Positions 42,912 through 53,150 are shown, counted from the first letter of the stretch. The stretch is 64,000 nt of DNA from an uncultured delta proteobacterium (GCA_963803435.1 CAWDML010000008.1:96001-160000); one strand, 5' to 3'. Translations and numbers: made by a program. Notes: a model not told the origin generated them from the letters alone.

Positions 42912-44960
42912 TCAGTCCATCAGGGCCCGCAGCTTGTCCCGCAGCACGTGAAGCTCGTAGGGCTTCTCGAGAAAATCGACGAGGATGTCCGCCAGCAGGA
43001 GGCCCAGCTCGGTCGGTCTCGAGTATCCGCTCAAGAACATGACCGGCATGTCGGGATCGATCCGTCGGATCTCCCGAAAGGCCTCGGCGCCGGAGAGCTC
43101 CGGCATGCTGAGATCGAGGAGCACGGCTCGGTACGCACGCGGATCCTGTTGGAAGAGCTCCACCGCTTCTCGGCCGTTCTGCGCCGTCACCGTGTCGAAG
43201 CCCATTCGGTTCAGCATGATCACGGCCACGCGAAGAGAGACGGGTTCGTCGTCGGCGACGAGGAGCCGGCCGCTCCCCTCCCAGGGGAGCGCCTCGACGG
43301 GGCGCGCCAGTGTCTCCACCTCTTGCATCGAAGGTGGCAGCACGAGGGTGATGGTCGATCCTCTCCCGGGCGCGCTCTCGATCCTCACCGCGCCCCGGTG
43401 GGCGTGGACGATCCCCAGCGCGGCCGCGAGCCCGAGCCCTCGCCCCGTCCCTTTGGTGGTGAAGAACGGATCGAAGATCCGCTCCTGCGTCTCGTCATCC
43501 ATTCCGCACCCGGAGTCCTCGACCTCGAGACGGACGTAGGTGCCTTCTTCGAGCTCCGATCCCAAGCAGGTCGCGTTGAGGTCGTCGCGGTCCGCCCAGC
43601 CGACCGCGGTGCGGAGCGTGATGATCCCGCTCGTGCCTCCGAGCGCGTCGGAAGCGTTGGTCAACAGGTTCATCACGACCTGACCGATCTGAGTCGAGTC
43701 GATCTCGACGGGCGGAAGATCCGGAGCCAGCTCGAGCACGAGCTCCGCCTTCTTGCTGATGGCAACGCGGAGCAGATCCACGGTCTCCCGGATCAGATCG
43801 TTGAGATGGGTTGGGCGGACCCTGAAGCTGCCGCGTCCGGCGTACGCGAGCAGCTGATGAGTGAGCTCGGAGGCTCGCTTGGCCGCGGACTTGACGGCCT
43901 CCAGGTGCGCGAGCCCGGGAAACTCGGGGCCGGCGTCCAGAAGAGCCAGATTGACGTTCCCGAGGACCGCGACCAAGAGGTTGTTGAAGTCGTGCGCGAT
44001 CCCGCCCGCCAGGACTCCCAGGCTCTCCAGCTTCTGGATGTGCTGCATCTGCTGCTCGAGCCTTCGCCGCTCCTCTTGTTGCCGCTCTCGCTCCATCACG
44101 TCGCGAAAGCCGGTGACTCGCGCCTCCGCGCCCCGATAGATGGCGTTGCGCCCCAGGACCTCGCACCGAAACGTGGTGCCGTCCTTTCGGACGGCGTCGA
44201 TGACGTACGGGGTCTCGTCGCCGCGGAGCTGGTGTTCGCGGACCATCGATGCACCCTCGGGCGTGCTCAGGCGTACCGCGGTCATTCCGATGAGCTCCTC
44301 GTGGGTGTATCCGCTCATCTGTTCGAAGGCGCGGTTGTGCTCGACGATCCGTCCATCGACGGAGATCGCGATCCCCTCGAACGACGCGTCCACGAGCACG
44401 CGGAAGCGGGCCTCGCTCTCCCGAAGCTGATCTTCGGAGATGCGCAGCTGCAGCGCGCCGGCAACCAGATGCCCGGTGACACGCAAGAGATCGATCTGAG
44501 GATCGCTCCACGGCCGCACCTTCCGGAGACGAAAGAAGGCGAGGAAGCCGAAGCGCTGGTGACCGCTCTCCACCGCGACGATCGCGATGGACTTGGCGCC
44601 GGCCGCCGTGGCTCCCTCCCGCTCCGCGCCAGCATCCGACGGGAGGGTCGAGGTATCGTCGATACGCACCACGTCTCGGCGATCGAAGATGGCTCCGTAG
44701 TGCTGGAACGCGTTGGTCGAGACCGGGGTGTGGTTCGGCCCATGTGATTCGATCCCCGGTCCACACCACTCGTGGGTGAGGCTGACGTGCTCGCAGTCCC
44801 CGGGCAGGAACGTGTACACGGCGATCCGGTCCACGTCGGCAGCGGTGGCGATGCGGTCCAGCGCCGCTCGCAGCGCGGCTTCCAGGCCCCCCGGTCCAGG
44901 CTCCATGAAGCTCATCGAGATCTCTGCGATCATCGAGAGCAGGTCCCCGCGGTCGGCCAC
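42912..44960 (-). CDS. Hybrid sensor histidine kinase (GAF-PAS-HisKA-HATPase-REC)
   Basis: AGGIAHDFNNLL, NLLTNA, DSGCGM, FFTTK..GRGLGL; receiver ADDE...LDLSMP...KP; AGGAGG RBS before GTG 44960. Confidence 0.93.
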   Translation of the reverse strand: MADRGDLLSMIAEISMSFMEPGPGGLEAALRAALDRIATAADVDRIAVYTFLPGDCEHVSLTHEWCGPGIESHGPNHTPVSTNAFQHYGAIFDRRDVVRIDDTSTLPSDAGAEREGATAAGAKSIAIVAVESGHQRFGFLAFFRLRKVRPWSDPQIDLLRVTGHLVAGALQLRISEDQLRESEARFRVLVDASFEGIAISVDGRIVEHNRAFEQMSGYTHEELIGMTAVRLSTPEGASMVREHQLRGDETPYVIDAVRKDGTTFRCEVLGRNAIYRGAEARVTGFRDVMERERQQEERRRLEQQMQHIQKLESLGVLAGGIAHDFNNLLVAVLGNVNLALLDAGPEFPGLAHLEAVKSAAKRASELTHQLLAYAGRGSFRVRPTHLNDLIRETVDLLRVAISKKAELVLELAPDLPPVEIDSTQIGQVVMNLLTNASDALGGTSGIITLRTAVGWADRDDLNATCLGSELEEGTYVRLEVEDSGCGMDDETQERIFDPFFTTKGTGRGLGLAAALGIVHAHRGAVRIESAPGRGSTITLVLPPSMQEVETLARPVEALPWEGSGRLLVADDEPVSLRVAVIMLNRMGFDTVTAQNGREAVELFQQDPRAYRAVLLDLSMPELSGAEAFREIRRIDPDMPVMFLSGYSRPTELGLLLADILVDFLEKPYELHVLRDKLRALMD

Positions 44961-45059
44961 CTCGTACCTCCTAGCATGCGCCCACGTGGCCAGGAAGGGA
45001 GGGCCAAGCCAGCCACGCGCAAGTTGACTTGCGTTCAGATCGAGGTGAAGGAAGAGAAG

Positions 45060-45476
45060 ATGAGCTCCAGTGTCGGCGGGATTGAACAACCGCGGGCGGA
45101 TCTGAACCCGAAATGGATGCGCTGGACCGGCCGCGTAATGTCGGCGCTGCCCATGCTGATGATGACCGTCTCCGGCGCGATGAAGCTGGTCGGCGGGTCG
45201 GAGATTCTCGAGGCGTTCACCGGGAAGTTCGGCTATCCGGCGGGCACGCTGCTACCGATCGGGATCGTCGAGATCCTCTGCGTGATCGTGTACGCGATCC
45301 CGCGGACGGCGGTGCTCGGCGCGATCCTGATGACGGGCTATCTGGGCGGGGCGGTCGCGACGCACGTCCGCATCTCCGACGTGTTCATCCCGCCGCTCGC
45401 CCTCGGTATCTTCGTGTGGGGCGGCTTGTACCTCCGAGACACGCGGTTCCGCTCGCTCCTCCCGCTCGTGCGCTGA
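45060..45476 (+). CDS. DoxX-family membrane protein
   Basis: SGAMKL...GYP...IPRTAVLGAILMTGYLGGAVATH. Confidence 0.88.
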   Translation: MSSSVGGIEQPRADLNPKWMRWTGRVMSALPMLMMTVSGAMKLVGGSEILEAFTGKFGYPAGTLLPIGIVEILCVIVYAIPRTAVLGAILMTGYLGGAVATHVRISDVFIPPLALGIFVWGGLYLRDTRFRSLLPLVR

Positions 45477-45582
45477 GCCCGCAGGGCCGCCCATAGCCTC
45501 GCTAACGACGGGCGCACGGTACAAGCGCCTCGATGTGATCGCTTTGAGCCAGCTCGAACGCGGTTCGGCCTATCGTTCCTGC

Positions 45583-45598
45583 TGGCACTTCTTCTGCT
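45583..45598 (+). promoter_or_regulatory. sigma54 (-24/-12) promoter
   Basis: TGGCAC-TTCTT-CTGCT with exact GG-N10-GC spacing, about 40 nt before a GGAGG-preceded start at 45640. Confidence 0.65.
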
Positions 45599-45639
45599 GA
45601 GCGGACGGCGCACTAGCCTGGACGGCAGAAGGAGGCCCC

Positions 45640-46140
45640 GTGCACCCGAGCACGATTGATCTCATGCGCAATCAAGCGAGAGCGATCTACCACGCTCTCA
45701 CTGGAACGGACCTTCCGGAAGAAGTGGCGGAGACCGCGGAGTCGGCGGTTCCGGTGGACGAGGTGGCGCGCCGCTTCGTCGATCTCGAGGCGATGGCGCG
45801 CAGGATCCCGAACGTCACCGAACGCACCTCGGTCTTCACTTTCGCGCCGCTGCTCGATGTCTGCGAGCGGGGGCAAGACCTGGTGGTCGAGGTCGCCGTT
45901 CCCGGGGTCGATCGGGACGATGTCACCATCGAGGCCACCGGCGAAACGCTAGTGGTCTCGGGGATCTCGCGCCGGAGAGAGGGGAACGGGAGCTCGTATC
46001 TGCACGCCGAGCTCCCCGCCGGTCCCTTCTTCCGCGTCGTGAAGCTCCCGTACCGCGTCGACCCGGACGCGAGCATGGAGCTCGATCGGGGGTTGGTCAC
46101 CATTCGGCTGCGCCGGTCGGCGCAGGCTCAGACGGATTGA
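45640..46140 (+). CDS. Hsp20/alpha-crystallin family protein with atypical N-terminus
   Basis: PLLDV.E...VPGVDRDDV.I...L.VSG...F.RVV.LP...GLVTIRL. Confidence 0.85.
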   Translation: MHPSTIDLMRNQARAIYHALTGTDLPEEVAETAESAVPVDEVARRFVDLEAMARRIPNVTERTSVFTFAPLLDVCERGQDLVVEVAVPGVDRDDVTIEATGETLVVSGISRRREGNGSSYLHAELPAGPFFRVVKLPYRVDPDASMELDRGLVTIRLRRSAQAQTD

Positions 46141-46152
46141 AGGAGAAGTCAG

Positions 46153-47481
46153 ATGGAGCAGCAATTGGAAAACATGCAGCGCTTGAATCAGGCCATCATG
46201 GCGGCGATGCAAGCGATCAATCGATCGCAGCAGGGCGGCAGCGGAAATCGCTCTCTTGGCTGGCAGGGACAGGGAGGCGATCTCCAGTCCGGCCAGCAGG
46301 AGCAGCTGATGCACAAGCTCGAGGAGCGGGTGCGGGAGGCGGTGCGAGAGCGGGTGGCCGAGGAGGTTCGCGAGCGCCTCGTGGAGGTCGCGCGCGAGCG
46401 CGTCCAGGAGACGCTCCGGGAGCGTTTGGCGGTCGAGCTGCGCACCGCGTTCCTGGAAGCCCAGGGCGGGCCCACCGGATTCGATCTGGATCGAGTGGGC
46501 ACGGTGTTGCGCGAGCGGCTAGGCGAGGTGGCGGAGCGGCGCGTGACCGAGGCGCTTCGGGATCGTGTCGGTGAGGCGATCCGGGAGCGCATCGGTGAGG
46601 CGATCCGGAGCAAGCTCTCGGAACAGCTCGGCTCCGAGGGTGCGGAGATGGTGGCGAGCGAGCTCAAGGAGCGCGTCGCGGAGGCCGTGCGGGATCGGAT
46701 CGAGCAAGCGGTGCGAGAGCGGCTGCGCGACGCGATTCGCGATCGGATCCATCAAGCGCTCCGCGAGCGGCTGCCCGAGGCGCTCCAGATCGCGCTCTCA
46801 CAGGCGCAGGCAGGGTTCGGACCGCCGGATCCGGATCGGGTGATCAGGACGATCGCCGAGCGCTTGCACGAGCCGGTGAAGGAGCGGGTCATCGAGGCCG
46901 TCAAGGAGCGGATCCCGGACGCGCTTCGCGAGCGCCTCGAGCAAGCGGTCCGAGAGCGAGCGGGGGAGGTCATCCGCATGGCGGTCTGGCAGCGGATGTC
47001 GGGGAGGCGATTCGGAGGCGCCGATCCCGACATGATCAGCAGCCAGCTCCGCGAGCGGGTGGCATCCAACATTCGCGAGCGAGTCGCGCCCGCCATTCGA
47101 GAGCGCGTGGAGGGCGTCGTCCGCGACAAGCTCGAGGAGGCGCTCCGCGAGCGGCTCTCGACCGCGCTGCGCGCCGCGATCGTCGAGCAGATGATCTCGG
47201 GCGGAACGATGGATCCGGATCGCATCACCGAGGCGGTCCACATGCGCGTGCGTGCGGCTCTTCGCGAGCGGTTGATCGAGGGTCTGCGCGACCGCATCGA
47301 TGACGCGATCCGCGACCGCCTCAAGGACGCGATCCACACCGCGGTGCGCGAAGGCATCCAGGCTCGAGGCGGCTCGGGAATGATGTCGGGCTGGGGCGAA
47401 GGTTACGGGACCGGCATGCTCGGCGGCGGAGGCACCAACTTCGACATCGGTTCGTTCCTCAACCTGCAGCAGATGCACTGA
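46153..47481 (+). CDS. Helical octad-repeat protein of unknown function
   Basis: AGGAG RBS; six blocks of [RK][ED]R[VLI]x[EDQ]A[VLI] repeats separated by Gly/DPDR linkers. Confidence 0.8.
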   Translation: MEQQLENMQRLNQAIMAAMQAINRSQQGGSGNRSLGWQGQGGDLQSGQQEQLMHKLEERVREAVRERVAEEVRERLVEVARERVQETLRERLAVELRTAFLEAQGGPTGFDLDRVGTVLRERLGEVAERRVTEALRDRVGEAIRERIGEAIRSKLSEQLGSEGAEMVASELKERVAEAVRDRIEQAVRERLRDAIRDRIHQALRERLPEALQIALSQAQAGFGPPDPDRVIRTIAERLHEPVKERVIEAVKERIPDALRERLEQAVRERAGEVIRMAVWQRMSGRRFGGADPDMISSQLRERVASNIRERVAPAIRERVEGVVRDKLEEALRERLSTALRAAIVEQMISGGTMDPDRITEAVHMRVRAALRERLIEGLRDRIDDAIRDRLKDAIHTAVREGIQARGGSGMMSGWGEGYGTGMLGGGGTNFDIGSFLNLQQMH

Positions 47482-47546
47482 TCTCGGCTTGCCAGGTCCC
47501 GGGCGCCGATCCGATCGTGACACTTCTTCCGCCTCGGCGGAGGGCT

Positions 47547-49271
47547 ATGATCACCAACGCGGAGATCGTCCGGACACTGCGCGAGATGGCGCTCTTCCTC
47601 GAGATGGACGAGGTGCCCTTCAAGCCGCGCGCGTACGAGGTCGTCGCGGAGCAGGTGGCGGCGCTCGAGCACTCGCTGGCGGCCGATTACCGGCAGCGCG
47701 GTCTCGCCGCGATCGAGGAGATCCCGAGCGTCGGCAAGGGCATCGCACGGCGGATCGCCGAGCTGATCGACACCGGCAAGATGGAGGATCTGGAGGCCTT
47801 CAAGCGCGAGCGGCCCATCGACATCTTCGCCCTCACCGCCGTCGAGGGCGTGGGCCCCAAGTCGGTGAAGCTCTTGTACGACGGGCTGGGCGTCACCGAT
47901 CTCGCCTCCCTGGCGGAGGCGGCCCGCTCGGAGATGATCCGCACCATCCCGCGCTTTGGCGCCAAGAGCGAGGCGAAGATCCTCCGCCAGATCGAACAGC
48001 TCGCCCAGTCCGAAGGCCGCCTGCCCATCGGCGAAGTCCTCCCGGTGACGCGCGCGATCCAGGCGATCCTGGGCGCCGTTCCCGGCGTGGAGCGCGTCGC
48101 GTTCGCCGGCTCGCAGCGGCGCTTCAAGGAGACGATCGGCGACATCGATCTTCTGGTCGCGTCCCGTGATCCGGGTCCGGTGATGGAGCGCTTCGCCGGG
48201 ATGGACACGGTCGCCCAGGTCTACGGGCAGGGCGAGACCAAGACCATGGTCCGCCTGAAGATGGGGCTCGACGCCGACCTGCGGGTCGTCGATCCGGACG
48301 CCTTCGGCGCCGCGTTGCTCTACTTCACCGGCAACACGGCGCACAACATCCGCCTCCGCATCATCGCGCAGCGGAAGGGGCTCAAGCTCAACGAGTACGG
48401 CGTCTTCCACGAAGACCAGTGCCTGGCCTCGAAGACCGAAGAGGAGGTCTACGCCGCGCTCGATCTCCCGTGGTTCCCGCCCGAGCTCCGCGAGGACGAG
48501 GGCGAGCTGGAGGCCGCCGAGCTCGGCGCGCTCCCGCCGCTGATCGAGCCCGGCGACATCCGCGGCGATCTCCAGGTCCAGACCACCTGGACCGACGGAC
48601 GCGCCTCCCTGGAGGACATGGTGATGGCCGCGCGCGACCGCGGTCTCGACTACCTGGTCATCACCGACCACACCCGCGACCTCAACGGCCTCGACGAGCA
48701 GAGGCTGCTCGAGCAGGTCCGAGCCATCCGCGACCTCGACGCCCGCGTCGACGGCATCCGCGTCCTCGCCGGCGCCGAGGTCAACATCCGCCGCGACGGC
48801 ACCCTCGACATCGACGACGCCATGCTGGCCCAGCTCGACGTCGTCGGCGCGGCCGTCCACTCCTCGTTCGAGCTCGAGCACGGTCAGCAGACGCGCCGGC
48901 TCATCCGCGCCATCGAGAACCCGAACGTCGACGTCTTCTTCCACCCCACCGCCCGCCAGCTCGGGAAGCGCCAGGGCATGACCTTCGACCTCGACGCCGT
49001 CATCGACGCCGCCGTTCGCACCGGCACCATCCTCGAGCTCGACTCACTCCCTCGCCGTCTCGATCTCTCCGCGCGCAACGTGCGCAAGGCGATCAAGGCC
49101 GGTGCTCTCATCTCCATCGACTCCGACGCCCACCGTCCCACCGACTTCGACTGCATCCGCGACTACGGCATTCCGACGGCCCGTCGCGGGTGGGTGACGA
49201 AGGACTCGGTGGTGAACGCGCGCACGGTGGAGGCGATGCTGGCGTCGTTGAAGGGGCGCCGACAGACCTGA
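47547..49271 (+). CDS. polX: DNA polymerase X / PHP-domain protein
   Basis: FK.RAY, HhH motifs (SVGKG, GVGPK, FGAKS), AGSQRR..ETIGDIDLL, DLR, YFTG, LNEYG; PHP motifs ITDH and IDSDAH. Confidence 0.93.
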   Translation: MITNAEIVRTLREMALFLEMDEVPFKPRAYEVVAEQVAALEHSLAADYRQRGLAAIEEIPSVGKGIARRIAELIDTGKMEDLEAFKRERPIDIFALTAVEGVGPKSVKLLYDGLGVTDLASLAEAARSEMIRTIPRFGAKSEAKILRQIEQLAQSEGRLPIGEVLPVTRAIQAILGAVPGVERVAFAGSQRRFKETIGDIDLLVASRDPGPVMERFAGMDTVAQVYGQGETKTMVRLKMGLDADLRVVDPDAFGAALLYFTGNTAHNIRLRIIAQRKGLKLNEYGVFHEDQCLASKTEEEVYAALDLPWFPPELREDEGELEAAELGALPPLIEPGDIRGDLQVQTTWTDGRASLEDMVMAARDRGLDYLVITDHTRDLNGLDEQRLLEQVRAIRDLDARVDGIRVLAGAEVNIRRDGTLDIDDAMLAQLDVVGAAVHSSFELEHGQQTRRLIRAIENPNVDVFFHPTARQLGKRQGMTFDLDAVIDAAVRTGTILELDSLPRRLDLSARNVRKAIKAGALISIDSDAHRPTDFDCIRDYGIPTARRGWVTKDSVVNARTVEAMLASLKGRRQT

Positions 49272-49299
49272 GCGGAGCGGGTTGCGGAGCGAGCGCCGG

Positions 49300-51306
49300 T
49301 TACTCGGACTGAAGCCAAGCCTTGTAGGCGTCCAGGTTGGTCGGTCGGCCCAGGAAGTCCTCGACGAGCTGGGCTGCGTCCTTCATCCCGCCCGGCTGCA
49401 GCACCATCTGCCGGTACGCCTGCGCGGTGGGGCCGTCGAGCAACCCGGCCTTCTCGAAGCGCGTGAAGATGTCTTTCGCCAGCGTCAGCGACCACTGGTA
49501 CGTGTAATACATCGAGCTGTAACCGTTGAGGTGCCCGAAGCTCGCGTACAGGTACGTCCCGTCCACGTGGGGGTATGGGCTGTACTTGTCCTGCATCTCC
49601 TTGGAGAAGTCCGACAGCTCGCCGATCTCCGCCGGGTCCTTGGCATGGAGGTAGTACGACAGCGCGGTGAAATGGATCTGGCGCATCAGATGGATGCCCT
49701 TTCCAAACTCGGAGGAGGCCTTCATCCGCTTCACGAGATCGGTCGGGATCGGCTCGTTGGTCTCGATGTGCTTGGCGAAGCGCTGGAGCACCGCCGGATC
49801 CCAGGTCCACTCCTCGAGGAGCTGCGAGGGCGCCTCCACGAAGTCCCACTCGGTGCTGATCCCGGACAGGTTCACCCACCGCGAGCCGCGCGCCAGCATC
49901 TGGTGCATCAGATGGCCGAACTCGTGGAAGTACGTGATCACCTCGTCGTGATCCATCAGGGCCGGTCCCTGCGTCTTCGCGGGATCCGGGAAGTTGCACA
50001 CCAGCGAAGCCACCGGGATGCGCCCGCCCTTCACGCCGGTCTGCATGCCGAACTCCGCCGCGTGGCCGTACTTGCCTTCCCGCGGGTGCATGTCGAGGTA
50101 GAAGCGCCCGACCACCTCGCCCCCGGCGAGGACGCGATACGCGAGCACGGACTCGTGCCAGACCGGCGCCTTCTCGTCGCGTTCGAACCGGACCCCGAAG
50201 AGCTCGCCGTAGAGATCCATCAGCCCCTGCGTCACGCGGTTGAACTCGAAGTAGGGGCGGACCGACTGTCCGTCGAAGCCATACTTTTCCCGGCGGACCA
50301 GCTCGGTGTAATAGAAGCGATCCCAGAGCTGGATCGTCGGATCCGAGACGCCGTCCTGTGCCTTGCGCGCCTTCAGCACCTCGAGATCGCGCTCCATCCG
50401 CGGCCGCGAGATCGAGGCGACCTCCTCGATGAACTTCTCGATGTTGGTCGCGCTCTTCACCATCTTGTCTTCGGCCATGTACTCGGCCCAGTTGGGGTAC
50501 CCGAGCTTGGCGGCGTACTGCTTGCGGAGCTCGAGCAGCCGCTTGAGGTTCTTGTCGTTGGCCGGATAGCCGCGCTTCGCCGACTCGATCATCAGCGCCT
50601 TACGCACCGACTCCTTCTTCACGTACTGCTGTACCGGGAAGAAGTCGGGGTAGTTGGTGGTCAGGACCACCTTGCCCTTCTCGTTGGGCGCGTGGGACTT
50701 GATGAAGTCCTCGGGCAGGCCGTCGAGGTCCGCCGGGTCCACCTCGATCTGGCGAACATCCTCGAGGATCGTGCGGTCGAACGCCTGGCCGACCTCCACC
50801 ATCTCCTCGTAGATCTTCTTGAGCTCGGCCCGGGTGGCTTCGTCCTTGTCGACGCCGGAGCGCTTGAAGTCGCGGAGGAGGTGCTCGAGCGAACGCTTGG
50901 TCTCTCCGTCCGCCGCCGACACGTCGACCCCCGAGAGCGCGTCGTACAGGTCGCGGTCCAGGTTGATCTCGTTGACCAGGTTCTGGAGCTCACGCTCGCA
51001 GGTTTCGGCTGCGGTTCGAACCTCCTTCGCCGGGTGCACGTTTTCCATGAGGTTCATGGTCCCGGCGGTCGCGTCGATCTCGAGCAGCATCTGGTTGTAC
51101 GGCTCGAGCGTCCCCTCCACAGTTCGGGCACCGCCGGCCTTCACGTCGTCCCGGATCTTGCGGATCGTCGCCAGGCTGTCCTTGCAGGCGGTCTGCAGGG
51201 AGCCGATGCTCGTCCAGATCGGCGAAGGGGCGGCGGCGTAGTCGATCGACTTGCCGTTGGTGGCGCAGGCGGTCGCCAGAAGCAGGAACGGGAGAGCTCT
51301 TCGCAT
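49300..51306 (-). CDS. M3A (thimet oligopeptidase-like) metallopeptidase, lipoprotein
   Basis: Lipobox LATAC; FYLDMHPREGKYGHAA; FHEFGH; DFVEAPSQ; FGHL.GY...YYTYQWS. Confidence 0.95.
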   Translation of the reverse strand: MRRALPFLLLATACATNGKSIDYAAAPSPIWTSIGSLQTACKDSLATIRKIRDDVKAGGARTVEGTLEPYNQMLLEIDATAGTMNLMENVHPAKEVRTAAETCERELQNLVNEINLDRDLYDALSGVDVSAADGETKRSLEHLLRDFKRSGVDKDEATRAELKKIYEEMVEVGQAFDRTILEDVRQIEVDPADLDGLPEDFIKSHAPNEKGKVVLTTNYPDFFPVQQYVKKESVRKALMIESAKRGYPANDKNLKRLLELRKQYAAKLGYPNWAEYMAEDKMVKSATNIEKFIEEVASISRPRMERDLEVLKARKAQDGVSDPTIQLWDRFYYTELVRREKYGFDGQSVRPYFEFNRVTQGLMDLYGELFGVRFERDEKAPVWHESVLAYRVLAGGEVVGRFYLDMHPREGKYGHAAEFGMQTGVKGGRIPVASLVCNFPDPAKTQGPALMDHDEVITYFHEFGHLMHQMLARGSRWVNLSGISTEWDFVEAPSQLLEEWTWDPAVLQRFAKHIETNEPIPTDLVKRMKASSEFGKGIHLMRQIHFTALSYYLHAKDPAEIGELSDFSKEMQDKYSPYPHVDGTYLYASFGHLNGYSSMYYTYQWSLTLAKDIFTRFEKAGLLDGPTAQAYRQMVLQPGGMKDAAQLVEDFLGRPTNLDAYKAWLQSE

Positions 51307-51786
51307 GAGGAGAGGCTCTAACAACGTTCGCCGCTGCACGGCAACGCCGGAGCGCCTCGACCGGCCCGCTCTGTCACGGAGTCGTCATTGCTCCTCGGGT
51401 TTGGGCCGAGCTTGCCGCGCGGAGTCCCGGCCATCGGCGCCTGGGTTCAGCAGCGGGACCTCGTCGATCGCGACGTGGGCTCCGCGTCTCGTTCGAGAGC
51501 CGCGGGCGGCTCGACGGACGCCCGCACTTTTCGCTCGAACTTCTCGATGGCGCGGGGCCGGTCGCGCTGTCCGATCGCAGCCGCCCGATCGAGCCGAACC
51601 GCGGCGGAACGCGCGACACCTCCAACCTCTCGCCGCGTCCCGCGGAGAAATCATGTGGTCGGTTGCCCACAGCCTCGACTGCGCGCGGATCTTCGCTTCG
51701 ATCGACGGGGCGTTCGGCGGACCACCGTTCGGTCAAGAGATGAACGCGCCTGGACCACGGGGTCGAGGCGCTGCTAGCCTCCCGGG

Positions 51787-53130
51787 ATGACTCGCGCTTG
51801 GCTCCATCTGCTCGCTTCCTCTGCTCTTTCGGTGTCCTTCGCCTGCTCCTCGAAGACCAGCGACGACGACTCCACGGACTCAGGATCTCCACCCGACATG
51901 GGCGTCGAAGACAGCGGCGTCGAGGACTCCGGCATGGTCGTGACCTCGAAGTGCGAACCGCCCGGCACCGAGCTCCAGGCGGGCACCGCGCCGTCACGCC
52001 GCGGCGACATGGTGTTCGCGTTCGACACCAACTGCGAGCGGGTGATCATGTTCTTCGGCGACAAGGCGGAGCCGTTCATGTGCGGCCCGGCCGCGTCGGA
52101 GTTTCTGACCGACGGCTATGTCTTCGATCCCGCCCGGGGGACTTGGGCCGAGATCCCGGCGCCCTCGGGCGCGGCCCCGCAGCAGCGCGCGCGCGCCTCG
52201 GCGGTCTGGGATCCCAACGCCAACAAGATGTACCTGTTCGGCGGGCGGTACCGCGCCGCCGGTAGCACGGGCGCATACACGTTCCTCAACGACGTCTGGG
52301 CCTACGATCCGTCGAGCAATGGCTGGGAGCAGCTCGCCGATCCGGGCTCGGCCAACGCCCCCTCGGGCCGGATGAACACCGTGATGGTCATGGATCCGGA
52401 CCGCAACCGGTTCCTGGTCCAGGACGGCGGCCAGACCGACCTCAACACCTTCACGATCGATCCGGGGGTGTGGGCGTTCAACCTGGGCGATCGGACCTGG
52501 GAGAAGCTGGTCATCAACGGGGCGGGTCCCATGCCGCGCCTGTTCCACACGGCGGCCCTCGATCGGCAGCGCAGCCGCCTCTACGTCTACGGCGGCGGCG
52601 GCGAGAACGCGTTCGTCGGACCCTTCTACGGGGACACCTGGTACCTCGATCTCGACACGCTCACGTGGACCGAGGTCGCCGCTTCCCCGGCCCCCGAGGG
52701 GCGCATCAAGGGCGTGATGGACTACGACGCGGCGCGCGACCGGATGGTGCTGTTCGCCGGTCACGACAACTCGTCCCTCGGCAACAACAACGACGTCTGG
52801 AGCTTGTCGCTCGAGACCCAGACCTGGGAGCACAAGCCCGGCGGCGACGCCTTCAACCGGCCTCAGTTCGGCTTCTGCGATTTCCCGGCGGACTTCGCCA
52901 CGGTCGATCCGAGCTTCCCGGAGCGGCGCGAGTCTCACATGTTCGTGATCTTCGGCGATCGGGCCATCATGTACGGAGGCCGCACGGACTGCGGGCTGAC
53001 GAACGACACCTGGTATCTCAACCTCCCTGACGACACGTGGGAGAACGTGAACCAGTCCTTCAATGGGATGACCTGCTTCCGCAGCGGTCGCACCGACTGC
53101 GAAGATCCCGACGCTCGCAAGTGCGGCTGA
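51787..53130 (+). CDS. Kelch-repeat lipoprotein
   Basis: Lipobox SFAC; six repeats of type P..R.....D......FGG...ND.W....W. Confidence 0.88.
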   Translation: MTRAWLHLLASSALSVSFACSSKTSDDDSTDSGSPPDMGVEDSGVEDSGMVVTSKCEPPGTELQAGTAPSRRGDMVFAFDTNCERVIMFFGDKAEPFMCGPAASEFLTDGYVFDPARGTWAEIPAPSGAAPQQRARASAVWDPNANKMYLFGGRYRAAGSTGAYTFLNDVWAYDPSSNGWEQLADPGSANAPSGRMNTVMVMDPDRNRFLVQDGGQTDLNTFTIDPGVWAFNLGDRTWEKLVINGAGPMPRLFHTAALDRQRSRLYVYGGGGENAFVGPFYGDTWYLDLDTLTWTEVAASPAPEGRIKGVMDYDAARDRMVLFAGHDNSSLGNNNDVWSLSLETQTWEHKPGGDAFNRPQFGFCDFPADFATVDPSFPERRESHMFVIFGDRAIMYGGRTDCGLTNDTWYLNLPDDTWENVNQSFNGMTCFRSGRTDCEDPDARKCG

Positions 53131-53150
53131 TCGGATCGGCGGACGCCCCC

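Noticed and set aside
46300-47360. CGCGAGCG-type nucleotide repeats as a DNA repeat element
   Set aside because: Fully explained by the encoded RER octad repeats, with synonymous variation
51340-51780. Small ORFs or an ncRNA between the M3 peptidase and Kelch genes
   Set aside because: No frame has a convincing start, RBS or motif, and no clear terminator; a frameshifted small gene cannot be excluded
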